NCBI GenBank assembly: GCA_964016885.1
Contig: OZ024751.1
Coordinates: 13,640,001 to 13,704,000 of the forward strand
DNA from: Eledone cirrhosa
Lineage: Eukaryota
Length of the DNA stretch: 64,000 nucleotides
Direction: 5' to 3'
In this document: piece after piece, positions 27,981-41,093 of the stretch
Layout of the letters: each line of letters starts with the position of its first letter
Numbering within the stretch: position 1 is the first letter of the stretch
The notes under the pieces: generated by a model
What the model was told of the DNA's origin: nothing
The model's database searches: none
What the model saw: the letters and a program-made list of their open reading frames with translations, nothing else
Translations under genes and position numbers: made by a program

Positions 27981-28034
<54 letters not shown>

Positions 28035-28045
28035 TTGTGTGTGTG

Positions 28046-29706
28046 TAGATAAATCTACCAAAATATACAGTAGTGTCCAATCCGTATGAAGAACTCAATG
28101 TAATCCAAATATCATGAAAAGAGATGTATTCAAAATTGTTTTCGATGAAAATCACAGGAAAACAGAGTCAAGATAAATTAATAAAAACAATAAATAAAAA
28201 CAAAGAAACAGTTCCTGATATTAAAAAATTCATCATTTTACGATCGTTTCTAGGATAAATATGTGTGTGTTGGTATGTATATCATATAGATCTATGTAAA
28301 AAATTTACAAACTATCAGAGGGAATATACATACCTACACATATATTTGCTGTCTTCTGAAGACAGCATATATATATTATTCAAAATGTTAATAAATGAAA
28401 ATATATTCTCATAATCAAAATATATATTTTATTATACATATTTCAAAGGTACAATGGTGTTTAAGTACGTTTTCATCAGATAAAATATATGATTTGATAT
28501 GAGACATACCACTACGGTTTTGATTATTGAATTCCAGTATTGCCAATACTGGAATTCAATAATCAAAACCGTAGCGGTATGTCTCATATCAAATCATATA
28601 TTTTATCTGATGAAAACGTACGTAAACACCATTGTACCTTTGAAATATGTATAATAAAATATATATTTTGATTATGAGAATATATTTTCATTTATTAACA
28701 TTTTGAATTATATTAAAAACTCCAGGAAAATCCACTGTTGAGTGCTTCTAATCTATTGTAACATTGTATTCGTTGAGTAATCAACGTACCATATTAATAT
28801 ATATATATATATATATATATATACTATACAGTGTCCTGCCAAACCAAAGTAGGACTTATAATCATTTTAAAACCCGATAATATTGATGTGAATATCCCAT
28901 TGAAGCAAAGTGAAATCTGTTTTGATGGAAAGATGATATCCTTATAGAAGTTTAGGTACAGTACATTTGATGGGCTTCCATACAGTTTCCGTCTGCCCGA
29001 TTTCAATCACAAAGCTTGGGTTTGACTCGAAGTGAAGGTAAATAACACTCAAGATGTATCGCATTGGGATCGGTTTTGAGATCTAATGATTCCTAATCGA
29101 ACTTTTTAATCATTCAGCCATACACACATACACGCATATATGCGTGTATGTATATATATATATACACACACATACATACATAACGTAATTGTATTCTTCA
29201 GCAAAACACTTCATTTCATGTTGCTCCAGTATACTCAGCTAAAAATGAGTACCAACAAAGGCTGGGAGTTTAAGCCTGCGATGGTCAGGCGTCCTGTCCA
29301 GGGGGGAGTATTGTATACACACTTTGAGTACTTGTACAAGCAATAATTATTAGAATGCTGTTGAAGTATGTATACATTTTTGCGAGACACCCATTATATA
29401 TATTTCTGAAGACAGCATATATATGTGTAGGTTTGTATATTCCGTCTGATAGTTTGTAAAATTTTTACATAGATCTATATGATATACATACCAACAAACA
29501 CATATATATCCTAGAAACGATCGTAAAAATGATGAATTTTTTAATATAAGGAACTGTTTCTTTGTTTTTATTCATTTATCTTGACTCTGTTTTCCTGTGA
29601 TTTTCATCGAAAAAATGTTTTGAATACATCTCTTTTCATGATATTTGGATTACATTGTGTTCTTCATACGGATTGGACACTACCGAATATTTTGGTAGAT
29701 TTATCT
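28046..29706. mobile_element. Split fold-back element with about 310-bp inverted arms (28046-28356 and 29406-29706)
   Basis: Arms are reverse complements; ttctgaagacagcatatatat duplicated at 28354 and 29404. Confidence 0.85.
28378..28708. repeat. Near-perfect 331-bp palindrome (165-bp arms, 1-nt centre)
   Basis: Centre ccagtattg-c-caatactgg at 28543; two visible arm mismatches. Confidence 0.95.
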
Positions 29707-29759
29707 ATATATATATCTATATATATTTATAAGTTTAAAGTCTGCCTGAAGCCCGGTGT

Positions 29760-29985
29760 TTATCCAGACAGAGTACAATACTCCCCCCTGGATAGGACGC
29801 CTGACCATCGCAGGGTTAAACTCCCAGCTATTGTTGGGACTCATTTTCAGCTGAGTATACTGGAGCAACACGAAATGAAGTGTTTTGCTCAAGAATACAA
29901 TACAGAACTTAGTCCAGGAATTGAACCCACATCGTTGTGGTGATAGTCCAGCACCCTTACCACTAGGCCACGTGCTTCCTTCCAC
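29760..29985 (-). mobile_element. tRNA-derived SINE (second family); inverted partial copy at 29185-29312
   Basis: Reverse complements of B box (ggaattgaaccc) and A box (cactaggcca); caaaacacttcattt...gctccagt...ctcagct body. Confidence 0.8.
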
Positions 29986-30034
29986 ACACACACACACATC
30001 TCTCTCTCTTTCTATATATATATATATATATTCC

Positions 30035-30168
30035 TTTTATTCAGGCTAAATAGTGAGTGTTGTTACACTAGAGTTTCGCCTGTTTATCACAGGGTCATCA
30101 GCTGATGACCCTGTGATAAACAGGCGAAACTCTAGTGTAACAACACTCACTATTTAGCCTGAATAAAA
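30035..30168. repeat. Perfect 134-bp palindrome centred on a hammerhead core
   Basis: 67-bp arms, no loop; centre tcatcag|ctgatga at 30101/30102. Confidence 0.95.
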
Positions 30169-30257
30169 TGAATATATATACTACTACATAGATATATACG
30201 TGTGTGTGTGTGCGTGTGTGTATAGATAGATAGATAGAGAGAGAGATAGGTTGTGTG

Positions 30258-30545
30258 TGAAGTGCGTGGCCTTTTAGTTAGGGTATTCGGCTCACAATCC
30301 TAAAGTCGTGAGTTCGATTACCAGCGGCGAGTTGTTTCCTTGAGCAAGACACTTGATTTCACATTGCTCCAGTCCACTCATCTGGCAAAATGAATTGTAC
30401 CTGTAATTCAAATGGCCATCCTTGTCACATTCTGTGCCATGCTGAACCTCTCTGAGAACTACGTGAAGGGTACGCTGCGGAATGCTTAGCCACCTGCACG
30501 TTAATGATATGAGCAGGCTGTTCCGTTGATCGGATAAACTAGAAC
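30258..30545 (+). mobile_element. tRNA-derived SINE
   Basis: A box tggcc...tagttag, B box gagttcgatt, ccttgagcaagacactt body; tail resembles 66-113. Confidence 0.8.
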
Positions 30546-30588
<43 letters not shown>

Positions 30589-31049
30589 TGTGTCTGTGTC
30601 TGTGTCTGTGTGTGTGTGTGTGTGTGTGTGCGCGTGTGTTTCATCATCATTCATCATCATCATCATTGTTTCATCATCATCATCATCATCATCATCGTCG
30701 TTTAACGTTTATCTTCCACGCTAGCATGGGTTAGACGGGGATTGTCCCACTTGCAGCAAGATTGGTTCGGGTGACCGTATCTCGCTCGTATAAGACTGGC
30801 AGGTTTTCTATCTGGCAGGTTTTCTACGGCTGGATGCCCTTCCTAACACTAACCACATTTATACATATATACATATATATATATACACACATATATGTAT
30901 ATATGTGTATGTGTGTGTTAAGTATTTCCGTAGAAAGGGTAAAGGAAGGAAGAGTGCTCGAAGGTTCTTATATATTTGATATATATTTATCCTTATCGAG
31001 CCTCGTGAAATAAATACGTTTGTTTATATTTTGTTAAGGGCGGTGTGTA

Positions 31050-31245
31050 AAGGGCGGTGGATTGGCAGTATCGGTAAGGGTCGAACACCATGCTTTGAAG
31101 CATAGAGTTACCTCCCTTTATGATCTGCGTTCAAATCCCGCCGAGGTTAACTTTGCCTTTCATCCGGACGGAGTCGATAAAATAAAAGTACCAGTAATGC
31201 ACTGGTATAATTGCTGGCCTTGTGCCAAAAGTAGAAACAGTTATT
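31050..31245 (+). mobile_element. tRNA-derived SINE, full length
   Basis: tggcagtatcgg A box, gttcaaatcc B box, tail gccaaaagtagaaac. Confidence 0.88.
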
Positions 31246-31269
31246 GTGTAAGCAAAAATATCTGTACAC

Positions 31270-31328
<59 letters not shown>

Positions 31329-31489
31329 AATATAACAGATTAAAGTTTAAGCAAAGAATCGCTGCTTTCACCCTTAACGGGATCTTCTGAAACTAAAATT
31401 AAAAAAAATCAATCTGTGAACGCAGAAGTAAATATTTCGAAAAACAATACACACACTATATATATATATACACACACTATATATATCTA

Positions 31490-31521
<32 letters not shown>

Positions 31522-31589
31522 GCTACGTCATAATGTCATAATGCAGACAGCCAGGCAGGCATACAGACATTATAAGGGCGCGACGTTAT

Positions 31590-31780
31590 ATCTATGTATC
31601 TATCTAAAAAGAGAAAGACTAAGAATTATAGAGTGAGATCGCTAAATCGCCTCATGCGATCCCAAAACACTCTCAGGACCATAAGTATTACATGTGTAAA
31701 GTTTGAAAACAATCAGTTGGGTGGTTCTCGAGTTTTAGTGATTAGACAGACAGACATTCTCTGTTTTAGATATATAGATT
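31590..31780 (+). mobile_element. Helitron/Helentron-like non-autonomous 3' end
   Basis: aaagtttgaaaacaatc...acagacagaca...atatatagat terminus pattern; recognised by style only. Confidence 0.45.
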
Positions 31781-31934
31781 ATATATTATTTACATTTTGA
31801 ATGTAGGCAGGTCTCTGTAAATATTTGGGTGGGGGGGGGGGGTCACTGAGGGTATTACGCGGCTATGAGCGGCGGTAGCCCCAAAACTTTTGAGAACCTC
31901 TGGTCTAGTACAATACAGTTGCCATAGAGTTAAG

Positions 31935-33665
31935 GCCCCAATCGGTCACGAATGACCATGGTTTTGCAGCTAGAAAGTTTCTCTCCGAGTTACAAGCCTG
32001 GGCAAGGTTTGTTTTTGTGGAAGATCAGCAGTCGCCCATGTACACCAGTCTCCCCCTCTCCACGCCACAGATGAGGTCCAAGGGAAATGCAATGACCGAT
32101 ACAGCTTGGCACCATTGACGTCGCAACTCTGTCTATACACCCTGTATACTCAATATATACATTCTATACTCTAGTTATACACCATCTATACTCTATATAT
32201 ACACTCTATACTCTAGTTATACATTCTGTACTCTATATATACACCCTCTATACTCTATATACACTCTATACTCTATATATACTCTATACTCTATATATAC
32301 TCTATATATACACTATATATGGTGTTGTCCTAAGGAAAAGCAATGACCGATACAGTTTGGCACCATTTACGTCGCAACTCTGTATATACACCCGGTATAC
32401 TCAATATATACATTCTATACTCTAGTTATACACCCTCTATACTCTAGTTATACATTCTATACTCTAGTTATACACTCTATACTCTAGTTATACATTCTCT
32501 ATACTCTACTTATACATTCTATACTCTATATATACACTATACTCTAGTTATACACCCTCTATACTCTAGTTATACACTCTATACTCTAGTTATACACCCT
32601 CTATACTCTAGTTATACACTCTATACTCTAGTTATACACTCTATACTCTAGTTATACATTCTATACTCTAGTTATACACTCTATACTCTAGTTATACACC
32701 CTCTATACTCTAGTTATACACCCTCTATACTCTAGTTATACATTCTATACTCTAGTTATACACTCTATACTCTAGTTATACACCCTCTATACTAGTTATA
32801 CACCCTCTATACTCTAGTTATACATTCTATACTCTAGTTATACACTCTATACTCTAGTTATACACTCTATACTCTAGTTATACATTCTATACTCTAGTTA
32901 TACACTCTATACTCTAGTTATACACCCTCTATACTCTAGTTATACACCCTCTATACTCTAGTTATACATTCTATACTCTAGTTATACACTCTATACTCTA
33001 GTTATACACCCTCTATACTCTAGTTATACACCCTCTATACTCTAGTTATACATTCTATACTCTAGTTATACACTCTATACTCTAGTTATACACCCTCTAT
33101 ACTCTAGTTATACACCCTCTATACTCTAGTTATACATTCTATACTCTAGTTATACACTCTATACTCTAGTTATACACCCTCTATACTAGTTATACACCCT
33201 CTATACTCTAGTTATACATTCTATACTCTAGTTATACACTATACTCTAGTTATACACTCTATACTCTAGTTATACACCCTCCATACTCTAGTTATACACC
33301 CTCTATACTCTAGTTATACACCCTCTATACTCTATACACTCTATACTCTAGTTATACACCCTCTATACTCTATATACACCCTCTATACTCTATATACACC
33401 CTCTATACTCTATATACACCCTCTATACTCTATATACACCCTCTATACTCTATATACACTATATATGGTGTTGTCCAAGGGAAAGGCGATGACCGATACA
33501 GCTTGGCACTAGTGACGTCGCAACTCATTTTTACAGCTGAGTAAACTGGAGTAATGGGAAATAAAGTGTCTTGCTCAAGGACACAACGCATCACCCGGTC
33601 CGAGAATCGAACTCACAACCTCTCGGTTGCAAGCCCAATGCTCTAACGACTAAACCATGCGCCTT
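31935..33665 (-). mobile_element. SINE expanded by an internal 20/22-bp minisatellite
   Basis: tRNA head at about 33590-33665; segment atgaccgatacagcttggcac...gacgtcgcaactc present three times around the array. Confidence 0.75.
32130..33465. repeat. 20/22-bp minisatellite (ctatactctagttatacact / ctatactctagttatacaccct)
   Basis: Directly visible, about 50 units. Confidence 0.95.
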
Positions 33666-33944
33666 CATATAGAGTTACCTTAGGGCAAGTTTGAATCGGA
33701 GACATGGAATGGCTCTTCCAGCGCATTTCGTTTACCATCCTCCGAAGAAACGCTTTGTCCATTCTGTCCGCCGAGGCTGTAGGGAAGCCAGCACGTGGGA
33801 CCCCATTTGCTCCCCCTATACAGAGAGATGGGAAGGGCGAGAGAGATGGGGGCGATGACGGTGGGAGTTGGGCTCTTCCGTGTTCGGGGACACACACACA
33901 AATATATACATCAACCCCGAACAGACATAACTACGTAGTTATTA

Positions 33945-34100
33945 AGAATTGTTTCTACTTTAGGCACAAGGCCAGCAATTACCCAGTGCATTACTGGTAC
34001 TTTATTTTATCGACCCCGTAAGGATGAAAGGCAAAGTCAAGCTCGGCGGGATTTGAACTCAGATCGTAAAGGGACGTAACTATGCTGGAAAGCATGGCGA
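33945..34100 (-). mobile_element. tRNA-derived SINE
   Basis: gggatttgaactcag and family body. Confidence 0.85.
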
Positions 34101-34261
34101 AGAATGTTACTTAACCACGTAGGAAGCCAGCCTTACACTTAACACAGAAATATAGAGAGACAGACCTCTATATCAGCCATGTCACTTGTTCTGTTTAACA
34201 TGACTACTTATTAAAGAGAGGGGGGGGGAAGACGAGGACATTCCATCCAACAAGTTTCATG

Positions 34262-34955
34262 ATTTGTTGTTGTTATAGTTGTTTTTATTGCTGTTGCTGC
34301 TATTGTTGATATTACTGCTGTTGTTATTGTTGATGTTGCTGCTGTTATTGTTGCTACTGTTGCTGCTGTTGTTATTGCTACTGTTGTCGTTATAGTTGTT
34401 TTTATTGCTGTTGCTATCGTTGTCGCTGCTATTGTTGATATTACTGCTGTTATTGCTGTTGTTGATGTTGCTGCTGTTATTGCTGTTGCTACTGCTGATG
34501 CTATTGCTGTTATTGTTGTTGCTACTGTTATTGATGATGCTGTTATTGCTACTGTTGTTGTTGCTGTTAGTGTTGCTGTTGGTGTTATTCCTACTGTTTG
34601 TGTTGCTGCTGCTGTTGCTGTTATTGCTACTGTTATTGTTGTTATTGCTGTTGATGCTACTGTTGTTGCTCTTTTACTGTTGTTCGTGTTCTTGTTGTTG
34701 TTGATGTTATTGTTACTGTTGTTGCTTTACTGTTCGTGTTCTTGTTATTGTTGTTGGTGTTCTTATTGCTACTGTTGCTCTTATTGCTGCTATTAATGTT
34801 ATTGTCGTAGTTGGTGTTTTTATTGGTGTTGATGATGTAGTAGTTGTTCTTATTGCTGCTCTTGTTGTTGTTCTTATTGCTGCTCTTGTTGTTGCTGTTA
34901 GTAGTTCTTATTGCTACTGTTGCTCTTATTGCTGCTGTTGTTGTTGTTGCTGTTT
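34262..34955. repeat. Degenerate (TTG/CTG)n trinucleotide tract
   Basis: Directly visible; poly-L ORF is an artefact. Confidence 0.9.
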
Positions 34956-35392
34956 ACATTTTATATAGTTTGGTTGGTCTGATGATAATCCTAAAATGTT
35001 GACATTTAGGATTAACATGTAATGATTGCTCATGTAGATTGTGAAGAGATATTGGACAGAAGCCGACAAATGATAAACATATCTATTGATCAGCTATAGA
35101 TTTATGGGGCGGAGGGGAGTGGAGGGAGGGCTGGGACATGCTTATAGTTTATGAATCTTTAGATACAATTTATTATGGAATGTTGCAAAATCAGGGAATC
35201 TTGTTTGACCCCAGTAACAAAGGAGCCGCCAAGCTATTAGCATATAAAACACAAACGTGAAAGCATTAGTATTCAACTTCGACAGCAAAACCATTAGCTT
35301 TAGTTTAATCAGAAGTATGGGCATGGGCAACAGAGTGAGAGAGAGGGGGTTGGTGTGATGGGGGGTGGAGTGAGAGGGGTAGAGGTGATATG

Positions 35393-35548
35393 CGAGAGGG
35401 ACAGGGGCGATGAGAGGGAGACAGGGGCGATGAGAGGGAGACAGGGGCGATGAGAGGGAGAGAGGGGCGATGAGAGGGGGAGAGGGGCGATGAGAGGGGG
35501 AGAGGGGCGATGAGAGGGGGAGAGGGGCGGTGAGAGGGAGAGAGGGGA
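35393..35548. repeat. 20-bp G-rich tandem repeat, about 7.5 copies
   Basis: gagaggggcgatgagagggg. Confidence 0.9.
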
Positions 35549-35597
35549 AATATCAGAAGCAAAAGAAGAGCAAGAAAAAGAGGACCACACGGATAGG

Positions 35598-35611
35598 TAG
35601 GTGTGTGAGAG

Positions 35612-35647
<36 letters not shown>

Positions 35648-35661
35648 GGTGTGTGAGAGTG

Positions 35662-35701
<40 letters not shown>

Positions 35702-36495
35702 TGTGTGAGAGTATATATATATATATATATATATATATAGGTGTGTGAGAGTATACATATATATATATATATATAGGTGTGTGAGAGTATATATACATAT
35801 ATATATATAGGTGTTTGAGAGTATATACACATATATATATATATATATAGGTATGTGAGAGTATATATATATATACCGTCTAACCCATGCTAGCGTGGAA
35901 AATGGACGTTAAACGAAGATGATGATATGATGTATGTGAGAGAATATATTATGTGTGTGTATATTTATGTGTATATATAATATATATATACATATGTATA
36001 TACATTGTGTATGTATATATTTGTATATATATATATATATGTGTGTGTGTGTGCTGATATATACATATATAAGTATCTATATAAATATAATTATATATAT
36101 ATATATATATATATATTTATTTATATATATATTTATATATATATATATTTATATTTATTTATATATATATTTATATATATATATATTTATATTTATTTAT
36201 ATATATGTGTGTGTGTGCGCGCGCTCGCGGGTATATATATATGTGTAAGTGTATAAAAGTATGCGCATATATGTACATACATACGTATGTATGTATGTAT
36301 GTATGTATGTATGTATGTATGTATGTATGTATGTATGTATGTATGTATGTATGTATGTATGTATGTATGTATGTATGTATGTATGTATGTATGTATGTAT
36401 GTATGTATGTGTGTGTATGTGTGTGTGTGTGTATGTATGTGTGTATGTATGTATGTATGTATGTATGTGTGTATGTGTACGAGAGAGAGAGAGAG
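35598..36495. repeat. Compound ggtgtgtgagag(TA)n, (TA)n and (TATG)n tracts
   Basis: Directly visible. Confidence 0.9.
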
Positions 36496-36996
36496 AAAGG
36501 AGAGATAGAAGGGAGATATTAAAGGAATCGGAATGGAGAGAGACATTTGACTTGACCCAAGAACTCAATTATCTTACAAATGACTAGCCAGTACTTTTAT
36601 GTCTCTCCCCTCTCTCTATCTGTCCCCCCTCTCTCTCGCTTTAAAGATTGATAACGAGATAACAGCGAACGAATGACTTGTCTACACAACCTGAAATATA
36701 AAGATTTTCGCATTTATTTAAATGACAAGAACAACTAACAAAAACACATTTGCCTTTTCTAATGAAAGACATCTATAGAGCCATGGATATTAACTCTGTA
36801 AAGTAGCCAGTTAGAAGAATCTCTACCATTCCACCGTTCCACCGTTCTGCTATTCTGCCGTTCCGCCATTCCTTTTCGTAAGGAAAAGTCCAAAAGTTCT
36901 TCATTTCGTTTCTGCATATGTTATTTGCATCAGTAAAGTTCAAATGAACACAATAAACCTTTATTTAGATTTAGTGAGTTAACATGGAGATGTTTA

Positions 36997-37740
36997 GTGG
37001 CGGTGGTGGTGGTGTTTAGTGGCGGTGGTGAAGTTGGTGGTGGTGAAGTTGGTGGTGGCGGTGTTGGGGAAGGTGTGGTGGTGAAGGTGCTGGTGACGGT
37101 GTTGGGAAAGGTGTGGTGGTGGTGTTGGGGAAGGTGTGGTGGTGGTGAAGGTGCTGGTGACGGTATTGGGAAAGGTGTGGTGGTGGTGTTGAGGAAGGTG
37201 TGGTGGTGGTGAAGGTGACGGTGTTGGGAAAGGTGTGGTGACGGTGTTGGGAAAGGTGTGGTGGTGGTGTTGGTGAAGGTGCTGGTGACGGTGTTGGGAA
37301 AGGTGCTGGTGACGGTGTTGGGAAAGGTGCTGGTGGTGGTGTTGGGGAAGGTGTGGTGGTGGTGGTGGTGGTGAAGGTGCTAGTGGCGGTGTTGGTGAAG
37401 TTGGTGGTGGTGAAGGTGGTGTTGTTGATGGTGACGAAGGTGCTAGTGGCGGTGATTGTGGAGGTGTATTGTTGATGGTGGTGGTGGCGAAGGTGTGTTG
37501 TTCATGGTGGTGGCGGTGGTGGCGAAGGTGCTAGTGGCGGTGATTGTGGAGGTGTGTTGTTGATGGTGGTGATGGTGCTGGTGGCAGTATTGGTGAGGGT
37601 GTGGTAGTGGTGGTGGTGAAGGCATGTGTGTTGTGGTGGTGGTGGTGGTGGTAAAGGTGTTTTCTGGCGTTGGTGGTGGAGGTAATGATATTGGTGATAA
37701 TATTGATACTGCATGGTGGTGGTGGTGGTGGTGGTGATAA
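36997..37740. repeat. GGT-rich degenerate repeat
   Basis: Directly visible. Confidence 0.88.
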
Positions 37741-39370
37741 TTGATGGGAGGGGGATATATTGTTCATGGTAGTGGTCTTGATGTCTTTGATGGTGACAGC
37801 GGTGGCCGTGGCCGACATCGTCGTCATCGTGTTTCGTGGTTGTGCTATCACCCTTCTCTCTCTCACACCCTCTCCTTTCACAGTCACTCCTCCTCTCCTT
37901 TCACAGTCACTTCTCCTCTCCTTTCACAGTCACTCCTCCTCTCTTTTCACTGTCCCCCCCCCCCGCCCCCCAGCTATCCTCACGATATCAAATGTAATTC
38001 CAAACCGTCCTTGTTATGACGTTATCATGTTAAAAGGGGAGATAACCAGTGAGGCTTCTCACGTCTATCTCTTGTTATACATGGCAGCTTTCGTGGTGGG
38101 TGGGGCGCTGTTAGTTTTGGGTGTTTGTTTAAACTGTTTAGTCAGAGAAAGAAGGGTAGTAGTGCCCATAACATTTTTTAGGGTCCTACAAACTTGTGGG
38201 AAGAAGAAAAGAAAGTGACTTCGAAACTGGTGACCAGGTCTGAATGCTTGCAACAGTGTGGAGACTACTAATTATAAGTAAATCTCAGATAGTAATATTA
38301 AACAGAGACCTGTCAACTCTCCCCGTCCGACGGGAGATCTCCCACCCACTTTGGGGTGGGTGAGATGTCTTCTCTTGTGAAAATAGGTATAGCGTTCATT
38401 ATGTAAAATCTCCCAATTTTGCTTCATTTCTACCCGTTTTGGGGCACTTTTTTTCATGGTACTGCCCGTTTGGGTTTTTAAAGGTTGGCAGGTCTGTAAA
38501 CAGGGCGACCATAACATGCTAGTAAAGAAGCTATTGAGGGACCCGCGATGTGTGTTCATTTGACGTGTTAGAAATAACCAAATTTTCTTCAAATCACACT
38601 TACTCACTTTGATAAAAAGGGATAACATACGGTGCAGTCTTAGCGTTATCGTGATATTCACCAGGTCTTGGACCCTTTAAACCTGGCGGAGAACTTCTCT
38701 CTCACACGATTACTCTTTGAAAAAAAAAAAGGGATAACATATGATGCAGTCGTAGGAGAGCAAGCGTGATATACTCAATGTCTTGGGCACTTTAAACCTG
38801 GCAGAGCCCTTCTTCGATCCAGGACTGGAGATAACGAATTAAAATAATAATAATGAAAATTATTGTGTACAGTACTCAGGGTACTACAACGCATCGTATA
38901 CAGAATAATGTACAAATGTGAGTCATGAAATATACACAAACACACACACTCATGTGTGCGTGTGTATAGAGGCGGGATATCAGGTGTAGTGTTGGCGAAT
39001 TTGAGGAAGCATTGAAGTTTTAAAGGAGAAATCATTATAGCAAAACAAAATATTGATTATGTTGCCAATATCATTCCATAGTTAATATTTAAAGTGTAAA
39101 GATCGAACATATATGAAAATATTTCAAGTACTTACTGTTATCTTTATCATCATCAATATGTAACGTTTACTTTCCATGGTGGCAAGGGTTGGACAAGGTA
39201 TCATAGTCAGAGTCAGTTCTAATTTGGGGTTATTGCAAATTTTTGCAAACACAAATTGTCTACACAGGTCACACCTGAGTGTTTGGTGAAGGTTTTAGCT
39301 GTTTTTTCCACAACGTTTCAGTTTTCCAGCAATCATCAAAGTGTTCTGCACAGAACTTAATAAGATGACG

Positions 39371-39417
<47 letters not shown>

Positions 39418-39625
39418 TGCACCGAAACTGTAGCAATTTTCAGAAGCTGTCTGAGCAGATGGGACAGTCTGTTTTTTCGTTGTCTTTGTCCTATGCACCC
39501 CACCCTGCGTTGTATGTATGCGTGTGTGTATATATATATTTATATGGAGATTCTTGAGTCGTGTCGGGGATTAACCACAGTTAAAAACGGTACTCAATAC
39601 ATTGGTAGAGTATATGCATCTTTAC

Positions 39626-39665
<40 letters not shown>

Positions 39666-40294
39666 AATGACTTATACAGTACTAGAACTGTTTCAGTCGT
39701 ACACACATATGTATATATATATATATTTGAAAATTCACTTGGAGCTTTGAGCAAGATGTATTTTACAATAAATTATTTTACCGGTTCCGCGATTTTCGAA
39801 AGTAAAATTAGTAGGAAAAATGTGAAACTTTGCCATAGTTGTTTCATGTGTGGCTGGAGTTTGAAAATGTTCTTGTTTTCTGAAGAGGACGTGGCTCAAA
39901 TGGTAGCCTGTTTAAGTCACAATTTGTTTGGTAAACTACACATACGTGGTCCGAGCAGCATACTTCAGTTATGTTCCAATGACAGAATGACGAAGGCATT
40001 ACCACAGAGAATGAACGGCGACACTGATTGGTTCAGAATAATCATGTGATTGGGTATAGAGCTTCGTCAAGTCTTCGTTACCACCGTGCATGAATAAACA
40101 TTTCAAGACGCAGGGTATGCAATATGTCAAGCTGCAAAATAAACGAGAATTATATATACATATATATATACATACATATATATATATATATATACATATA
40201 TATACATATATATATATATATACATATATATACATATATAAACATATATATACATATATAAATATATATATACATATATAAACATATATACATA

Positions 40295-40338
<44 letters not shown>

Positions 40339-40343
40339 TATCC

Positions 40344-40918
40344 TAGTACAACCTGTCTCATGGTCGGGTCGTTGGCGACTAAACTGGCAACCCCACCAAG
40401 GTTTCTTGGTGAGGAGGGTGACTTTGGACATCCTGCAGGACTAAAAACAAAACCTGTCAAAGGTCAAAGGGCAAAGGAGCTCTTAAAAGTCAATGGCCAT
40501 CCAAAATCACCGGGAGAGATGACCCCTTAGCCTTTGTCAAGGCAGAATTCTAGGAGAAGGAAAACTCTGATATAACACCTGCAACCCTGATGGTATCCAA
40601 TGATGTTGACATGTTCTTCTTTTTCGTAAATATCATCTTGGTTAAGAGAGTGGGACTGGCTTTGTGCAGTGCCTCTTCTCACTATAAAAGCTTTACGGCA
40701 CAGGTATTGCTTTATATCTGGAGATCTCTCTGCACTTGTCGTCACATGGTACCATGGGCCCAGCACTATGTGTCAGTAATTGTCACAAGTGTAGTGTTTG
40801 TACCAGAGTTTTCAAGTCGCTGGCTGGACTAAAAAGTCACACTCGTTCAGCGCATCGGTTGGGGTTCTCTTACATATAAAGTAGTGGTCGTACTCGAAAA
40901 CGAGTTGGCAGCCACCAT
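40344..40918 (+). mobile_element. Non-autonomous bipartite RTE derivative (5' UTR plus 3' tail)
   Basis: Similar to 4195-4410 of the RTE 5' UTR; tail gtactcgaaaacgagttggcagccaccat matches the RTE 3' end. Confidence 0.8.
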
Positions 40919-40937
40919 GCATGCATGCATGTATGTA

Positions 40938-40971
<34 letters not shown>

Positions 40972-41036
40972 TGTATATATGTGTGTGTATGTATGTATGT
41001 ATCTGTGTGTGTTTGTGTGTGTGTATGTGTGTGTGT

Positions 41037-41093
<57 letters not shown>

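Noticed and set aside
31050-31245. Functional tRNA genes at SINE heads
   Set aside because: A and B boxes are present but there is no complete cloverleaf, and they continue into repeated SINE bodies
37985-38660. Possible host exon in non-repetitive sequence
   Set aside because: No recognisable domain or convincing splice pair; needs RNA-seq or tBLASTn
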